Notes under the pieces: model-generated
Told to the model about the DNA's origin: nothing
The model's database searches: none
The model's input: only the letters and a program-made list of their open reading frames with translations
DNA from: Nanobdellati archaeon
GTDB lineage: Archaea; EX4484-52; GLR71
Direction: 5' to 3'
DNA length: 64,000 nt
NCBI GenBank assembly: GCA_019429005.1
Contig: JAHYJR010000003.1
Span: 76,026 to 140,025 of the forward strand
Translations under genes and position numbers: made by a program
In this document: positions 20,332 through 30,534 of the stretch, in pieces
Layout of the letters: each line of letters opens with the position of its first letter
How positions within the stretch are numbered: the stretch's first letter is position 1

Positions 20332-21351
20332 TCAATTAATCTCATAATTTCGCCATCTACCAGAACCTATAGATTTCACAAGATTTTGTCTAACTAGTGA
20401 TTCCATATGTTTACGATATGTTCTCTCAAGAATATCATCACCTGTAAGCTCAACATATTGTCTTAAAAGATCTCCTGAAGATATAGGACCTGAAGATTTC
20501 AAAATATCATAAAGTGTCTTTTTAATATCATCAAGAACAACCGTACGCTCATCTTTTTTGGAATCACAAACATTATCACATGCACGAATAACATCTTCTA
20601 TAGAAATTGTATCCTTCGCCTGATTTTCAGCAAAAAGCGCAGAATTCCGTAAAATATCAATTGCAACACGCGAATCCCCATGGGATTTATGCGATATTAT
20701 CTTAAGATATTCAATCTTAATAGAGCCTGGATACAAAGCATATTCCGAACGTTCTTTCAATATATCAAAAAGCTCATCTGGTTTATATTCTGGAAATTCA
20801 ATAGTTTCAAACGCAAGAGATGATTTAATCCTAGAATCAACATCAAAAAAGGCATACTTATTGTTTGAAACAAGAACAAGACCATAATTTTCTCTTGAAA
20901 ACACATAAAGAAGTTCTTTTTCTTTCAACTGATCAACTTCATCAAGACAGATTATTACTTTTTTAGATGTTTTTTTTACATAATTACTAATAGCTTTAAC
21001 AAGCTCATCTCGCGGCTGCTTAAGATTTGTAAACACATTAAGAGAACTCACAATCTCATTAAGTATAGAATGTGAAGTCGAACATTTCCAACAATTAACA
21101 TAAACCGTTTTTACAGATTGTGTATGTCCCTCAAACTCCGAAAATATCCATTTAACAAGAGATGTCTTTCCAACACCCGTTGCTCCAAATAAAAATATAT
21201 TACGAGGGGTTCGACCAAAAGATGCGGGTTTCAAAGCATTTGCAACGGCTTCAACTTGACCTTCACGATGCAATATTTTCTCAGGAATAAATACCTCAAG
21301 AAGTATTGATTCGTCTTTTATCACAGATTTTACCATATCAAAAAGTCCCAT
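20332..21351 (-). CDS. cdc6: Cdc6/Orc1 family AAA+ ATPase with winged helix
   Basis: LHREGQ, Walker A GATGVGKT, YVNC, Walker B LDEVD, GDSRVAIDIL. Confidence 0.9.
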   Translation of the reverse strand: MGLFDMVKSVIKDESILLEVFIPEKILHREGQVEAVANALKPASFGRTPRNIFLFGATGVGKTSLVKWIFSEFEGHTQSVKTVYVNCWKCSTSHSILNEIVSSLNVFTNLKQPRDELVKAISNYVKKTSKKVIICLDEVDQLKEKELLYVFSRENYGLVLVSNNKYAFFDVDSRIKSSLAFETIEFPEYKPDELFDILKERSEYALYPGSIKIEYLKIISHKSHGDSRVAIDILRNSALFAENQAKDTISIEDVIRACDNVCDSKKDERTVVLDDIKKTLYDILKSSGPISSGDLLRQYVELTGDDILERTYRKHMESLVRQNLVKSIGSGRWRNYEIN

Positions 21352-21451
21352 ATTATGGTTTCATCTAAGATAAAATATAAATATATCTATACTTTAATAA
21401 ACCGAACAACAAACCAAACAGATTTAAATCAACTAACACCAAAAAAACAAC

Positions 21452-21703
21452 ATGGAAACACTCATAATTGGATTTATAGCATCAATCCTTACAACAATAT
21501 CCTTTATACCTCAAATTGTAACAATATATAAAACTAAAGACACTAAAAGCATCTCACTAAAAATGTACTTATTATTCTGTTCAGGTATAACATTATGGTT
21601 AATCTATGGACTACTAAAAAAAGATTTGCCAATAATTTTAGCAAATAGTATCACTTTAATATTATCTCTAATAATATTATCTATGAAATTAAAATATAAA
21701 TAG
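21452..21703 (+). CDS. SemiSWEET / PQ-loop sugar transporter
   Basis: TTISFIPQ, DISL-like segment, LWLIYG, PIILAN. Confidence 0.92.
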   Translation: METLIIGFIASILTTISFIPQIVTIYKTKDTKSISLKMYLLFCSGITLWLIYGLLKKDLPIILANSITLILSLIILSMKLKYK

Positions 21704-21739
21704 ATTAATCAGAATGACACAACATAAAATATCAAAAGA

Positions 21740-22324
21740 TTACCTTTTTAAAACAGCATATAATTCTTTATTTAGAACAATCTTATTGATTTTACCATAT
21801 CTCTCTTTTTCGATTATACCTTTTAATTTAAGATTTTCTAAAATCCTATGAGTTTTTACTTTGTTAAGATCTGGAAGACGGCTTAACTCATATTGTGGAA
21901 TACTACCACCTGACGATATTAAAGTATCAATCACTTTCTGTTCATATTTATTCAAAAATTTAAGTATTATTCGTGTATTTACATCAAGACTTTTTTCTTG
22001 TATGAATATCTTTTCAGACATGATATAATAAACAATAAGACCAACAATAATCCCTAAAAAGGCAAAAAAGGGTAAAAAATAAAAACTAGGTATTGCGATA
22101 GTATCATTTTGACGCTCAACTATGGATTCTTTCAATTCGTCAAGAGACATACTATCAATAAGATCTACATTTAATCTTGTGCTCTGCTTAGTATCATGTT
22201 GATAATTATAATACATACTTACCGTCAATGCCAGAAATATAAAAGACATTATAATACCTATACCTAACAACATATTTCTGTTATTAGTAGATGGTTTTAA
22301 TTGTGCCATAAATATAAAGTACAA
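21740..22324 (-). CDS. Membrane-anchored winged-HTH protein (putative regulator)
   Basis: Two hydrophobic helices, then EQKVIDTL...IPQYEL...KVKTHRILENL..KGIIEKERYG. Confidence 0.75.
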   Translation of the reverse strand: MYFIFMAQLKPSTNNRNMLLGIGIIMSFIFLALTVSMYYNYQHDTKQSTRLNVDLIDSMSLDELKESIVERQNDTIAIPSFYFLPFFAFLGIIVGLIVYYIMSEKIFIQEKSLDVNTRIILKFLNKYEQKVIDTLISSGGSIPQYELSRLPDLNKVKTHRILENLKLKGIIEKERYGKINKIVLNKELYAVLKR

Positions 22325-22469
22325 TTAAACTTTAAATAAATTAAACATAAAAACAACCAAAAATACGCAATTTCGTAATAGTTTCAAAAAAACAAAACAA
22401 TGTTTCAAAGAATAATCAATAGTTTCAGAAAGGTATATCTATAGTTTCAAACTAAAAATATTTAAGAAT

Positions 22470-22916
22470 GTGGAGGTGTCTACAATGACAAAAAATACAA
22501 AATATAAAATGAGTGTCTTGTTAATCGGCGCTTTAGTATTATTTAGTATAGTTGGTATGGTAAGTGCATACAAAGGTAATGCTACACCTGTAGGTCCTAA
22601 CTATAATGAAGACATACATGAAGCAATGAAACAGGCTATAGAAAACGGAGATTATGATGCATGGATACAAATAAGAGAAGATAATAACATGCCAATGCAT
22701 TGTCGAATGTTTTCTATAATAAATGAAGAAAATTTCCATCTTTTTGCAGAAATGCATGAAGCAAATGAAAATGGTGATTTAGACAGAGCTGCAGAAATAA
22801 AAGCTGAACTTGGTCTAGGTCAAGGAAATGGAAACTGTGGAATGGGAACTCATATGGGAAATAAAGGAAACGCACAAGGAACTCAATCAAATTTTGGTAA
22901 CTGCCAATATCATTGA
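22470..22916 (+). CDS. Secreted hypothetical protein with Gly/Asn-rich tail
   Basis: Signal-like hydrophobic N-terminus; AIENGDYDAW; GxG-rich C-terminus. Confidence 0.75.
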   Translation: MEVSTMTKNTKYKMSVLLIGALVLFSIVGMVSAYKGNATPVGPNYNEDIHEAMKQAIENGDYDAWIQIREDNNMPMHCRMFSIINEENFHLFAEMHEANENGDLDRAAEIKAELGLGQGNGNCGMGTHMGNKGNAQGTQSNFGNCQYH

Positions 22917-22944
22917 GATGAGTAACAAACAAAAAAAATAAGTT

Positions 22945-22968
22945 TTAAGGGGTTTAAAAAACCCTTAA
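22945..22968. terminator. Imperfect hairpin TTAAGGG...CCCTTAA
   Basis: 7-bp arms between two plus-strand genes. Confidence 0.25.
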
Positions 22969-23013
22969 GAACCCTAATATAATAAAATAATATACGAACA
23001 AAGGTGATAATAT

Positions 23014-23217
23014 ATGTATATGTACCCCGGATTAAATTTTATATCAATGATATTATTCAATGGACTCTTTTTCATAATAACTGTTGTATTAGTGTTATGG
23101 CTTGCAAAAAATATCAAATTAAGTTCAGACCCAATAAAAATACTTGATTCAAGATATGCTAAAGGTGAAATTACTAAAAAAGAATATATCGAAATAAAAA
23201 AAGATTTACAAAACTAA
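23014..23217 (+). CDS. SHOCT-domain membrane protein
   Basis: TM helix followed by DPIKILDSRYAKGEITKKEY; GGTGA RBS. Confidence 0.85.
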   Translation: MYMYPGLNFISMILFNGLFFIITVVLVLWLAKNIKLSSDPIKILDSRYAKGEITKKEYIEIKKDLQN

Positions 23218-23219
23218 AT

Positions 23220-23257
<38 letters not shown>

Positions 23258-23309
23258 AAAAAATTAAATTATATAACATATCAGATAGAAATATCTCTTG
23301 TTGATAAAA

Positions 23310-23665
23310 ATGCCACAAATAACACCGATTAAAAAAATGTTTTTCAAAGAAAAATACATAAATATGATTCTTAAAGGTGAAAAGAGTCTTGAAGGAAAAT
23401 CGGTTACAATAACATCAAAAAAATAAAAGTTAATGATTATATCTATATAAATGAAATCCATAAAACAAAAATCATAAGTATACACACTTATGACACATTC
23501 GAAAACGCATTGAAACATCATAATTTCAAACAACTTATACCAGATGCAAAATCACTTGAAGACACATTAAAAATATACAATAAATTATTTCCATCTTGGA
23601 AACAAGAAAAATATGGTGTATATATTTTCGGGATTAAGTTATTTAAAACGAAATCAAATTTATAA
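23310..23665 (+). pseudogene. ASCH-domain protein with a frameshift near 23398
   Basis: MILKGEKSLEG(K) followed in another frame by IKVND...TYDTFENAL...LIPDAKSLED...KYGVYIF, matching archaeal ASCH proteins. Confidence 0.75.
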
Positions 23666-23683
23666 ACATCAGACAAAAATACA

Positions 23684-24056
23684 ATATTTATCTACAAACT
23701 TATCCGACGTTATATTCTCTATCTTGTACGATGGCAGTTAAGCACACCAATATTAGCAATAGTCTTGATTGCCTTATCAATAATGAACAAATGGCATGCA
23801 ACAGCAATTGCAAACCTTATCTGAGGTCTCATGTTTTTTGGGGTAGATAGATTCATATTTACCTCAGATCTCTAGGTACTCAATGGGATGTCAAAGACAA
23901 TATTAAATGTTCAGATTGTAAAAAAACGGCTCGAAGATACCGTCTTATAAAAACACGAAACTATGACAAGACCAAAGATAATAATCCAAAATTTAGATGT
24001 GAAACTTGCTCCCAAAAAAAACAAAACAACTAAAGAAAAGTGGGGTTAAAATCTAA
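23684..24056 (+). pseudogene. Decayed small membrane / Zn-finger hypothetical
   Basis: YLVRWQLSTPILA...IANLI*GLMFF(W)VDRFIF...CSDC...YDKTKD..PKFRCETC; TGA at 23822, a TAG, and several frameshifts. Confidence 0.7.
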
Positions 24057-24123
24057 CAAAAACCCAAAAATACAATAACAAACTCAAAAGAAATATAATA
24101 ATAACAACACAAATAATTATTAT

Positions 24124-26376
24124 ATGAAACCTATAAAGATAATAACATTAATTTCAATAATTCTGCTCTTATTACCTTTTACAGTTTCAGGTCTTCTCGG
24201 ATATTATCACGAACAAAACATTGGTATCTCAACAGGAAACAATAATTATGAATTAAGAAATCCTACAAGTGTTACATCCACACTTGAATATATCTATATT
24301 GTAGATTCACTTAACAATAGAATACAAGTTTTTAATAAAAATAATACTTATGTAACAACAATAGGTGGTATCTTTGGTTCGGGAGATTATAGCTTAAAAT
24401 ATCCAAGAGATCTTGCAATAGATGGTGACATAATATACATAGCAGATACCGAAAATAATCGTATACAAATCTTCAAAGGAATATCCTATTATGGAACAAT
24501 CGGAACATATGGTACTGAAAATGGTAATTTCAAATACCCAACAGGGGTTGAAACAGACGAAAACGGAACCTTATATGTAGCAGATAAAAATAACAACAGA
24601 ATACAGATATTTTATCCAAATGGAACTTATAAGACTAAAATAGGATATAACAACGGTACTGGAAATTATGAATTCCAAGCACCAACAGATATTGCAGTAA
24701 CATCAAAAAATGATATACTAGTTATTGATTCAAAAAACAATAGAATTCAAATATACAACAACGATTTGACATACAAAAAAACTATTGGTGGAACTGAAGG
24801 CGTTGGAGATTATCAGTTTAATAACCCTAATGGAATTTCAATTGATGATTATGACAATATATATGTTTCTGATACAGGAAACAATAGAATTCAAATATTT
24901 TCTAAAGATTACAAATATTCAAAAACACTTTTTTATAATGGACAAAGTGAATTCGCACTATCTAAACCTTCAAATTCTTATGTAGATTACAGAACATTAT
25001 ATATCGCAGATACTGGAAACAATAAAATAAAAATATTTAGAATGGATTGCCTTACAAATTCAGATTGTTATGATAAAAATCCGGGAACTATTGACACTTG
25101 CATAAAAACAAGTACTGAAAATTATTGTAAAAATGAACAGATTACAAACTGTGTTACAGGAGATAATTATTGTCCAATAACATGCACATATAAAACAGAT
25201 TATGATTGCACACCAGAATGTGGAAATAATATTTGTGAAAAAGATGAAAATCAAACATGCTGTATTGACTGTGGAAACAAAGAAGGATACTCTTGTGCAA
25301 ACAATTTCTTATATGAAAAGATACCTGTCTGTGGCGATGGTGTCTTAGATGACAATGAAATCTGCTGTCTTGATAGTGGCTGCAAAGAGGGTTATACTTG
25401 TGTTGATGACTATACATGCCGAATCGATGGAACTTGTGGCGACAGAACCTGTAACTGGAATGAGAATGAAAAAAACTGTTGTACGGACTGTAACTATTGT
25501 CTTCCAGGATACACTTGCATTACAAACCAATGTAGTCCTTCAAACATAAATAAAATACAAAATTACTGTGAAAATGACGCTTCTTGTAATGATAACAACA
25601 CATGCACAAAAAATACATGTAATTTATACCCTCGATATTGTATAACTGAAACAATTGAACAATGCATAAATGATGATAGTTGTTGTCAAAGCCCATGCAC
25701 ACATCTAAACGATAATGATTGTCAAAAACCAATAGCACCAGAAAAAACCTATGGCGCTATATGTGGTAATAAACAATGTGATATATTAGAATCAACTGAA
25801 ACTTGTTGTATTGACTGTGGATGTAAAACAGACTATGAATGCGGCAAAGAAACAAACAAATGTGAAAAAACAAAAGAACTTCTAATAAAAGAAAGTATAG
25901 AAAAACAAGATTCATTCAAAACAAAAGATATGAACCTAAAAGATAATGGATTCACCCTTATCTCAAGTGCAATAATAACAGACACATTAGAAAACAATAA
26001 TATCATTAAATTTGTATATACTTATTCAAACAATAAACAAGAAACAGTAAACATTGAAGGTATAGCAGACGGATCTGGATACATTACATATATTGAAGGC
26101 AGCTATGTAAATATCACAATATACTTTGTCTACGCATTCATATTTTTCATAATATTTATTATAATACTGTTCTTATACATAAGACAAAAATTAATTAAAA
26201 AAGAAATTAAAAAAACAAAAGATAAAACACGAAAAATATTCAATGACCACATAACCGAATTTGATCAACTTATAGATAACTTAAAAAATAATGAAAAAGG
26301 ATTTTTGAAAAGACGTCTTAATAGATGGGAAAATGAAGTTAAAGAAACTTATAAAAAAGATAAGAGTGAAGATTAA
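24124..26376 (+). CDS. Surface protein: NHL beta-propeller, Cys-rich repeats and a C-terminal TM anchor
   Basis: Signal peptide; six xIYxADxxNNRIQxF repeats; repeated CGxxxCxxxE..CCxDC units; hydrophobic helix before a basic cytoplasmic tail. Confidence 0.88.
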   Translation: MKPIKIITLISIILLLLPFTVSGLLGYYHEQNIGISTGNNNYELRNPTSVTSTLEYIYIVDSLNNRIQVFNKNNTYVTTIGGIFGSGDYSLKYPRDLAIDGDIIYIADTENNRIQIFKGISYYGTIGTYGTENGNFKYPTGVETDENGTLYVADKNNNRIQIFYPNGTYKTKIGYNNGTGNYEFQAPTDIAVTSKNDILVIDSKNNRIQIYNNDLTYKKTIGGTEGVGDYQFNNPNGISIDDYDNIYVSDTGNNRIQIFSKDYKYSKTLFYNGQSEFALSKPSNSYVDYRTLYIADTGNNKIKIFRMDCLTNSDCYDKNPGTIDTCIKTSTENYCKNEQITNCVTGDNYCPITCTYKTDYDCTPECGNNICEKDENQTCCIDCGNKEGYSCANNFLYEKIPVCGDGVLDDNEICCLDSGCKEGYTCVDDYTCRIDGTCGDRTCNWNENEKNCCTDCNYCLPGYTCITNQCSPSNINKIQNYCENDASCNDNNTCTKNTCNLYPRYCITETIEQCINDDSCCQSPCTHLNDNDCQKPIAPEKTYGAICGNKQCDILESTETCCIDCGCKTDYECGKETNKCEKTKELLIKESIEKQDSFKTKDMNLKDNGFTLISSAIITDTLENNNIIKFVYTYSNNKQETVNIEGIADGSGYITYIEGSYVNITIYFVYAFIFFIIFIIILFLYIRQKLIKKEIKKTKDKTRKIFNDHITEFDQLIDNLKNNEKGFLKRRLNRWENEVKETYKKDKSED

Positions 26377-26435
26377 TATAATATACATAAAAAAGGGTAA
26401 ACGCTATCGAAAAAAAATTATTTATTATTGTCTTA

Positions 26436-26699
26436 TTGCTTTTCACAACGGGAACAATAGTATATCATGAACTTGAAACTTGGTCTTGGGTTGATTCCAT
26501 ATATTTCTCAGTCACAACACTTACGACCATAGGTTACGGTGATCTTTATCCAACACGAGATATAACAAAAATATTCACTGTATTATATATTTTCAGTGGT
26601 ATCTCAACAATATTTTATGTAATTACACACTCTAACAAATATATAATGCGACTTGAAAGAAAAATAGAAAACCTGTCAAAAAAAGTGTTAAAATCTTAA
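26436..26699 (+). CDS. Two-TM potassium channel pore (Ion_trans_2); 5' end uncertain
   Basis: WSWVDSIYFSVTTLTTIGYGD selectivity filter; the frame extends upstream to 26391 without ATG/GTG. Confidence 0.8.
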   Translation: MLFTTGTIVYHELETWSWVDSIYFSVTTLTTIGYGDLYPTRDITKIFTVLYIFSGISTIFYVITHSNKYIMRLERKIENLSKKVLKS

Positions 26700-26740
26700 T
26701 AAACTAATAAATAACAAAATCAAATAATAAGGTGATTTGA

Positions 26741-27049
26741 ATGAATTACGACAAAAAAATTGAAACTCTTTCAAAAAATATTGAAGATCTTAAAAAGATG
26801 ATATTAATTATTGGAAAAAATATAGATTCATACAAAAAAACTATAGATACTACAAATCAAAATCTTGAAACATTGCCTGTAAAATTAGAAGCAATATTTT
26901 CAAAAATAGATTCTGAAGTAACATTAAGTCAACTTAAAGCGGGACTAGATGAACTTAAACTTACAACAAATGATATACAGACAAACGTTGATGAGATTTC
27001 AAGAATACTTATTGAAGAAGTTGCAGAAGGATCAAAAAGACTTTACTAA
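26741..27049 (+). CDS. Coiled-coil hypothetical protein
   Basis: Heptad-like I/L pattern; AGGTG RBS. Confidence 0.7.
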   Translation: MNYDKKIETLSKNIEDLKKMILIIGKNIDSYKKTIDTTNQNLETLPVKLEAIFSKIDSEVTLSQLKAGLDELKLTTNDIQTNVDEISRILIEEVAEGSKRLY

Positions 27050-27058
27050 CTTAAAAAA

Positions 27059-28330
27059 GTGATTATCTTGCCTGAACAAAATATAGATATATCTAAAAAT
27101 GTATATCCCGCAGACATAATTAAAATAAAATGGATATATAAAAATATTAGAGATACACTAAACAGCATTGGATTCAAAGAAGTTGAACCGACTTCAAAAA
27201 ACAGTAAAGATTTGACCGAAATACTCCAAAAAGAAGGTGTAGAGGATTTATGCCTAATTAATTATGAAAATAACAAAAAAGACTCCTTTGTATATGATAC
27301 TTCAACTAACATAATTGAAATGTCAAAAGAAGTAAGATTACCAAAACCAATGAGATGGTATGCAATCTCAAAAATATACAGAAAAGAACAGAATAAATTA
27401 AAAAACAAAAGATCATGTTCAGCATGCATAATGGGTTCAAAAGATGTTTTTGCAGACTCTGAACAAATATATGCAATATTAAATATTCTAACACCTCTTG
27501 GAATTGAACCCGTTGTACATATAGGACACAGAGAACTTATGTCTGAAATTTTAAAATATATGGGCATCGAAGAGAACGTTATAGACCAAGCACTAACTAT
27601 ATTTAAAGACTCAAAAATTGATGGAATTCAAGCAACATTTAAAAAATTTAATTTGTTAGGCGTTGAAAAAATTATTGTAACAGAAATACTTAATTTACTC
27701 AAATTTGAAGGATTATCAAAAGACCTTATAAATCATCTTAAAAACACATTTAATGACAATGATGAAATTAGTATACTTATAGAAGAACTCAATCTGTTTA
27801 TAGATGAATTAGACAATTATAATATATTACGATTCTGTAAACTAGATCTTAAAATAATAGGTACAACCTACAACGATGGTATTGTATTTGAAGTATATGA
27901 TATTAAAAATAATAAATTCCAAATTGCTTCAGGTGGACGAGTTAACATGCTTGCCGAACTTCTTTCAAACAATGAAATGCCATCAACTGCATTAAATATA
28001 GATGTTGATATGATTTACAATTTAATTGAAAAGAAAAAAATTGTGACTAAAATTGAACAAACTATAGATATTTATGTCGCACCAGAAAGCCTAAATTCTA
28101 GACGTAATGCAATAATGATTGCAAAACAATTTAGAAAGAAAAAAGGTATCGTTGAAATTGACATAAGTGGCAGAAGTTTGGACAAACAAATATTACATGC
28201 AAAAAAACTTAAAATTCCAAAAATAATAATAATACGAGATGATGACCTTAAAAATGGATTTGTCATAATGGAAGATTTTAAAACAAAAGAAAACACAAAA
28301 ATCATTCTAAAAGGTAAAACAATAAAATAA
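27059..28330 (+). CDS. Histidyl-tRNA synthetase-like protein with degenerate active site and intact anticodon-binding domain
   Basis: HisRS layout recognisable (GFKEV, PKPMRWY, ADSE, IGHR, ASGGR, DIYV...VEIDISGRSLDKQILHAKKLKIPKIIII), but the catalytic motifs are replaced. Confidence 0.8.
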   Translation: MIILPEQNIDISKNVYPADIIKIKWIYKNIRDTLNSIGFKEVEPTSKNSKDLTEILQKEGVEDLCLINYENNKKDSFVYDTSTNIIEMSKEVRLPKPMRWYAISKIYRKEQNKLKNKRSCSACIMGSKDVFADSEQIYAILNILTPLGIEPVVHIGHRELMSEILKYMGIEENVIDQALTIFKDSKIDGIQATFKKFNLLGVEKIIVTEILNLLKFEGLSKDLINHLKNTFNDNDEISILIEELNLFIDELDNYNILRFCKLDLKIIGTTYNDGIVFEVYDIKNNKFQIASGGRVNMLAELLSNNEMPSTALNIDVDMIYNLIEKKKIVTKIEQTIDIYVAPESLNSRRNAIMIAKQFRKKKGIVEIDISGRSLDKQILHAKKLKIPKIIIIRDDDLKNGFVIMEDFKTKENTKIILKGKTIK

Positions 28331-28340
28331 TTTTAAAGGG

Positions 28341-30140
28341 ATGTCAAATATGATATACATACCAGATACTAGTGTAATTATTGATGGAAAAATAACTGAA
28401 CTAATAAAAAACAAAAAATTAAAAGGTACTATAATTATTCCAGAATTTGTAATCTGTGAACTTGAAAATCAAGCAAACCGTGGACGTGAAACTGGTTTTA
28501 TTGGTCTTGACGAAATAAAAAATATTCGAGAATTAGCTAAAAAAAATAAAATAACAATTTCTGAACTTGGTCGAAAACCAACATCTGAAGAAATCAAACT
28601 TGCAAATACAGGCCGTATTGATGCACTTATTAGGGATATTGCAAAAAATGAAAAAGGCGAACTTCTTACATCAGACATTGTACAAGCAAAAACTGCTGAA
28701 GCTCAAGGTATAAAAGTAACTTATTTTGAAAAAATAAAAATAAAAACAGAACATCTCAAAAAATACTTTGATAAAAACACTATGAGTGTACACCTTAAAG
28801 ATGGTATGAGACCAAAAGCAAAAAAAGGTCTCCCTGGACAATTTAAACTAGTTGAAATTGGAAAAGAAATATTAACAAAAGAACAACTTGAAGAGATTGC
28901 AATTGAGATACTTGAAGCACAAAGAACAAGCGATAAATCATTTATTGAAATAGCAAAACATAAAGTAACAGTAATACAACTTGGAAATTGTAGAATTGCA
29001 ATCACAAGACCACCTTTTTCAGAAAAGATGGAAATAACAGCAGTAAGACCAATTGTAAATGTAAACCTTGATAGTTATAAAATACCAAAAAGACTTAAAG
29101 AACGTCTTGATACAAAATCAGAAGGCATAATTGTTGCAGGACCTCCAGGTCATGGGAAATCAACATTATCACAAGCACTTGCAAATTATTTTGACGAAAA
29201 GAAAATGATTGTAAAAACAATGGAACAACCAAGAGATTTACAATTAAATCCATCAATAACACAATATGGGCCACTTGAAGGTAGCATGGAAAAAACAGCA
29301 GACATACTTCTTCTTGTAAGACCTGATTTAACTATATATGACGAAATTAGAAAAACATCAGATTTTAAAATATTTGCAGATATGCGACTTGCAGGTGTCG
29401 GTATGATTGGTGTTATACACGCAACAAGACCAATTGATGCAATACATAGATTTCTCGGACGAACCGAACTTGGACTTTTACCACAAATCATTGATACAAT
29501 ACTTTTTGTATATGAAGGTAAGATTTCTAAAGTTTACTCACTTAAGCTTATGATTAAAGTGCCAACAGGCATGGTTGAACAAGACCTTGCAAGACCTGTC
29601 ATAGAGGTTACAGATTTTGAAACAGGTACCTTAGAGTATGAGATTTACACCTATGGTGAACAAACAATCGCAATAGCTATAGAAGGCGAAGCAACTTCAA
29701 AAATACAAAAACTCGCAGAAGAGCAGATTAAAAAAGTTGTAGGTCAATTTTCAAAAGATATAAAAATCACAATCGTATCAGATGATCGTGTTGTACTAAA
29801 TATACCAGATAGAGATATTGCGTCATTTATAGGTACAAAAGGTAAAAATATTTCAAAAATAGAAGAAAAACTAGGAATACATATTAGCGTAGAACCAATT
29901 ATAGACACACTCAAAAGAACCGTATCCTATGCTATTACAGAATCTGGAGGATATCTCAATATGCAAATTACAGACACATTAAAAATAAATGAAAAATTTG
30001 CAGACATCTACAAAGATAAAGAATTTCTTTTTAATGCTACAATAGGTAAAAAAGATATAATTAAAATAAAAAAAATCTCTGAAATTGGACAAAAAGTGCT
30101 TCAAGCATTCACACTTAAAAATTTGAGAGTTCTTGTATAA
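28341..30140 (+). CDS. PIN-domain / P-loop ATPase / KH protein (PINA, PINc-VapC ATPase)
   Basis: IPDTSVIIDG PIN, Walker A GPPGHGKST, LVRPD..IYDE, HAT, KH motif FIGTKG. Confidence 0.93.
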   Translation: MSNMIYIPDTSVIIDGKITELIKNKKLKGTIIIPEFVICELENQANRGRETGFIGLDEIKNIRELAKKNKITISELGRKPTSEEIKLANTGRIDALIRDIAKNEKGELLTSDIVQAKTAEAQGIKVTYFEKIKIKTEHLKKYFDKNTMSVHLKDGMRPKAKKGLPGQFKLVEIGKEILTKEQLEEIAIEILEAQRTSDKSFIEIAKHKVTVIQLGNCRIAITRPPFSEKMEITAVRPIVNVNLDSYKIPKRLKERLDTKSEGIIVAGPPGHGKSTLSQALANYFDEKKMIVKTMEQPRDLQLNPSITQYGPLEGSMEKTADILLLVRPDLTIYDEIRKTSDFKIFADMRLAGVGMIGVIHATRPIDAIHRFLGRTELGLLPQIIDTILFVYEGKISKVYSLKLMIKVPTGMVEQDLARPVIEVTDFETGTLEYEIYTYGEQTIAIAIEGEATSKIQKLAEEQIKKVVGQFSKDIKITIVSDDRVVLNIPDRDIASFIGTKGKNISKIEEKLGIHISVEPIIDTLKRTVSYAITESGGYLNMQITDTLKINEKFADIYKDKEFLFNATIGKKDIIKIKKISEIGQKVLQAFTLKNLRVLV

Positions 30141-30271
30141 AATTAATACATAACCACACACAAAAGATAAAGGTACCGTAATTCACATCTTTAAGTGGTA
30201 AGGCGTATATAATTACAAAAAAATACATACTAATTCTATAACAGCAATATAACTCAAAAAAGGAGATAGCT

Positions 30272-30502
30272 ATGGTAGAATTTATAACAATAAAACAAAA
30301 AGAGATGAAATTTGGGACCAACAACTTTGTTGAAGTCGCAAACAAGAAAGCAGTGACAAGTGACGGTGAAAAGCCATTCATATCAATAACAAGAGGCTAT
30401 TACACAGAAGACAAACAAAAAAAATTCACAAAAGCAATATCACTACCACTAGAAGAAACTTTAATAAATGAAGTAATTGACGCAATTGGAAAAGTTATTT
30501 AA
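30272..30502 (+). CDS. Small conserved protein, PC4-like fold suspected (paralogue A)
   Basis: GGAGA RBS; FISITRGYY...KFTKAISLP; clear paralogue at 32843-33097. Confidence 0.75.
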   Translation: MVEFITIKQKEMKFGTNNFVEVANKKAVTSDGEKPFISITRGYYTEDKQKKFTKAISLPLEETLINEVIDAIGKVI

Positions 30503-30534
30503 GCGATTCATTTCGCTTATTTTTTATTTTTTTA

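Noticed and set aside
21352-21451. Replication origin next to cdc6
   Set aside because: The intergenic region is only ~100 bp, with no ORB-like repeats and no change in skew.
27059-28330. Calling this gene a normal hisS or hisZ
   Set aside because: The catalytic motifs are lost (not a normal HisRS) and the anticodon-binding domain is retained (atypical for HisZ); no hisG lies nearby.
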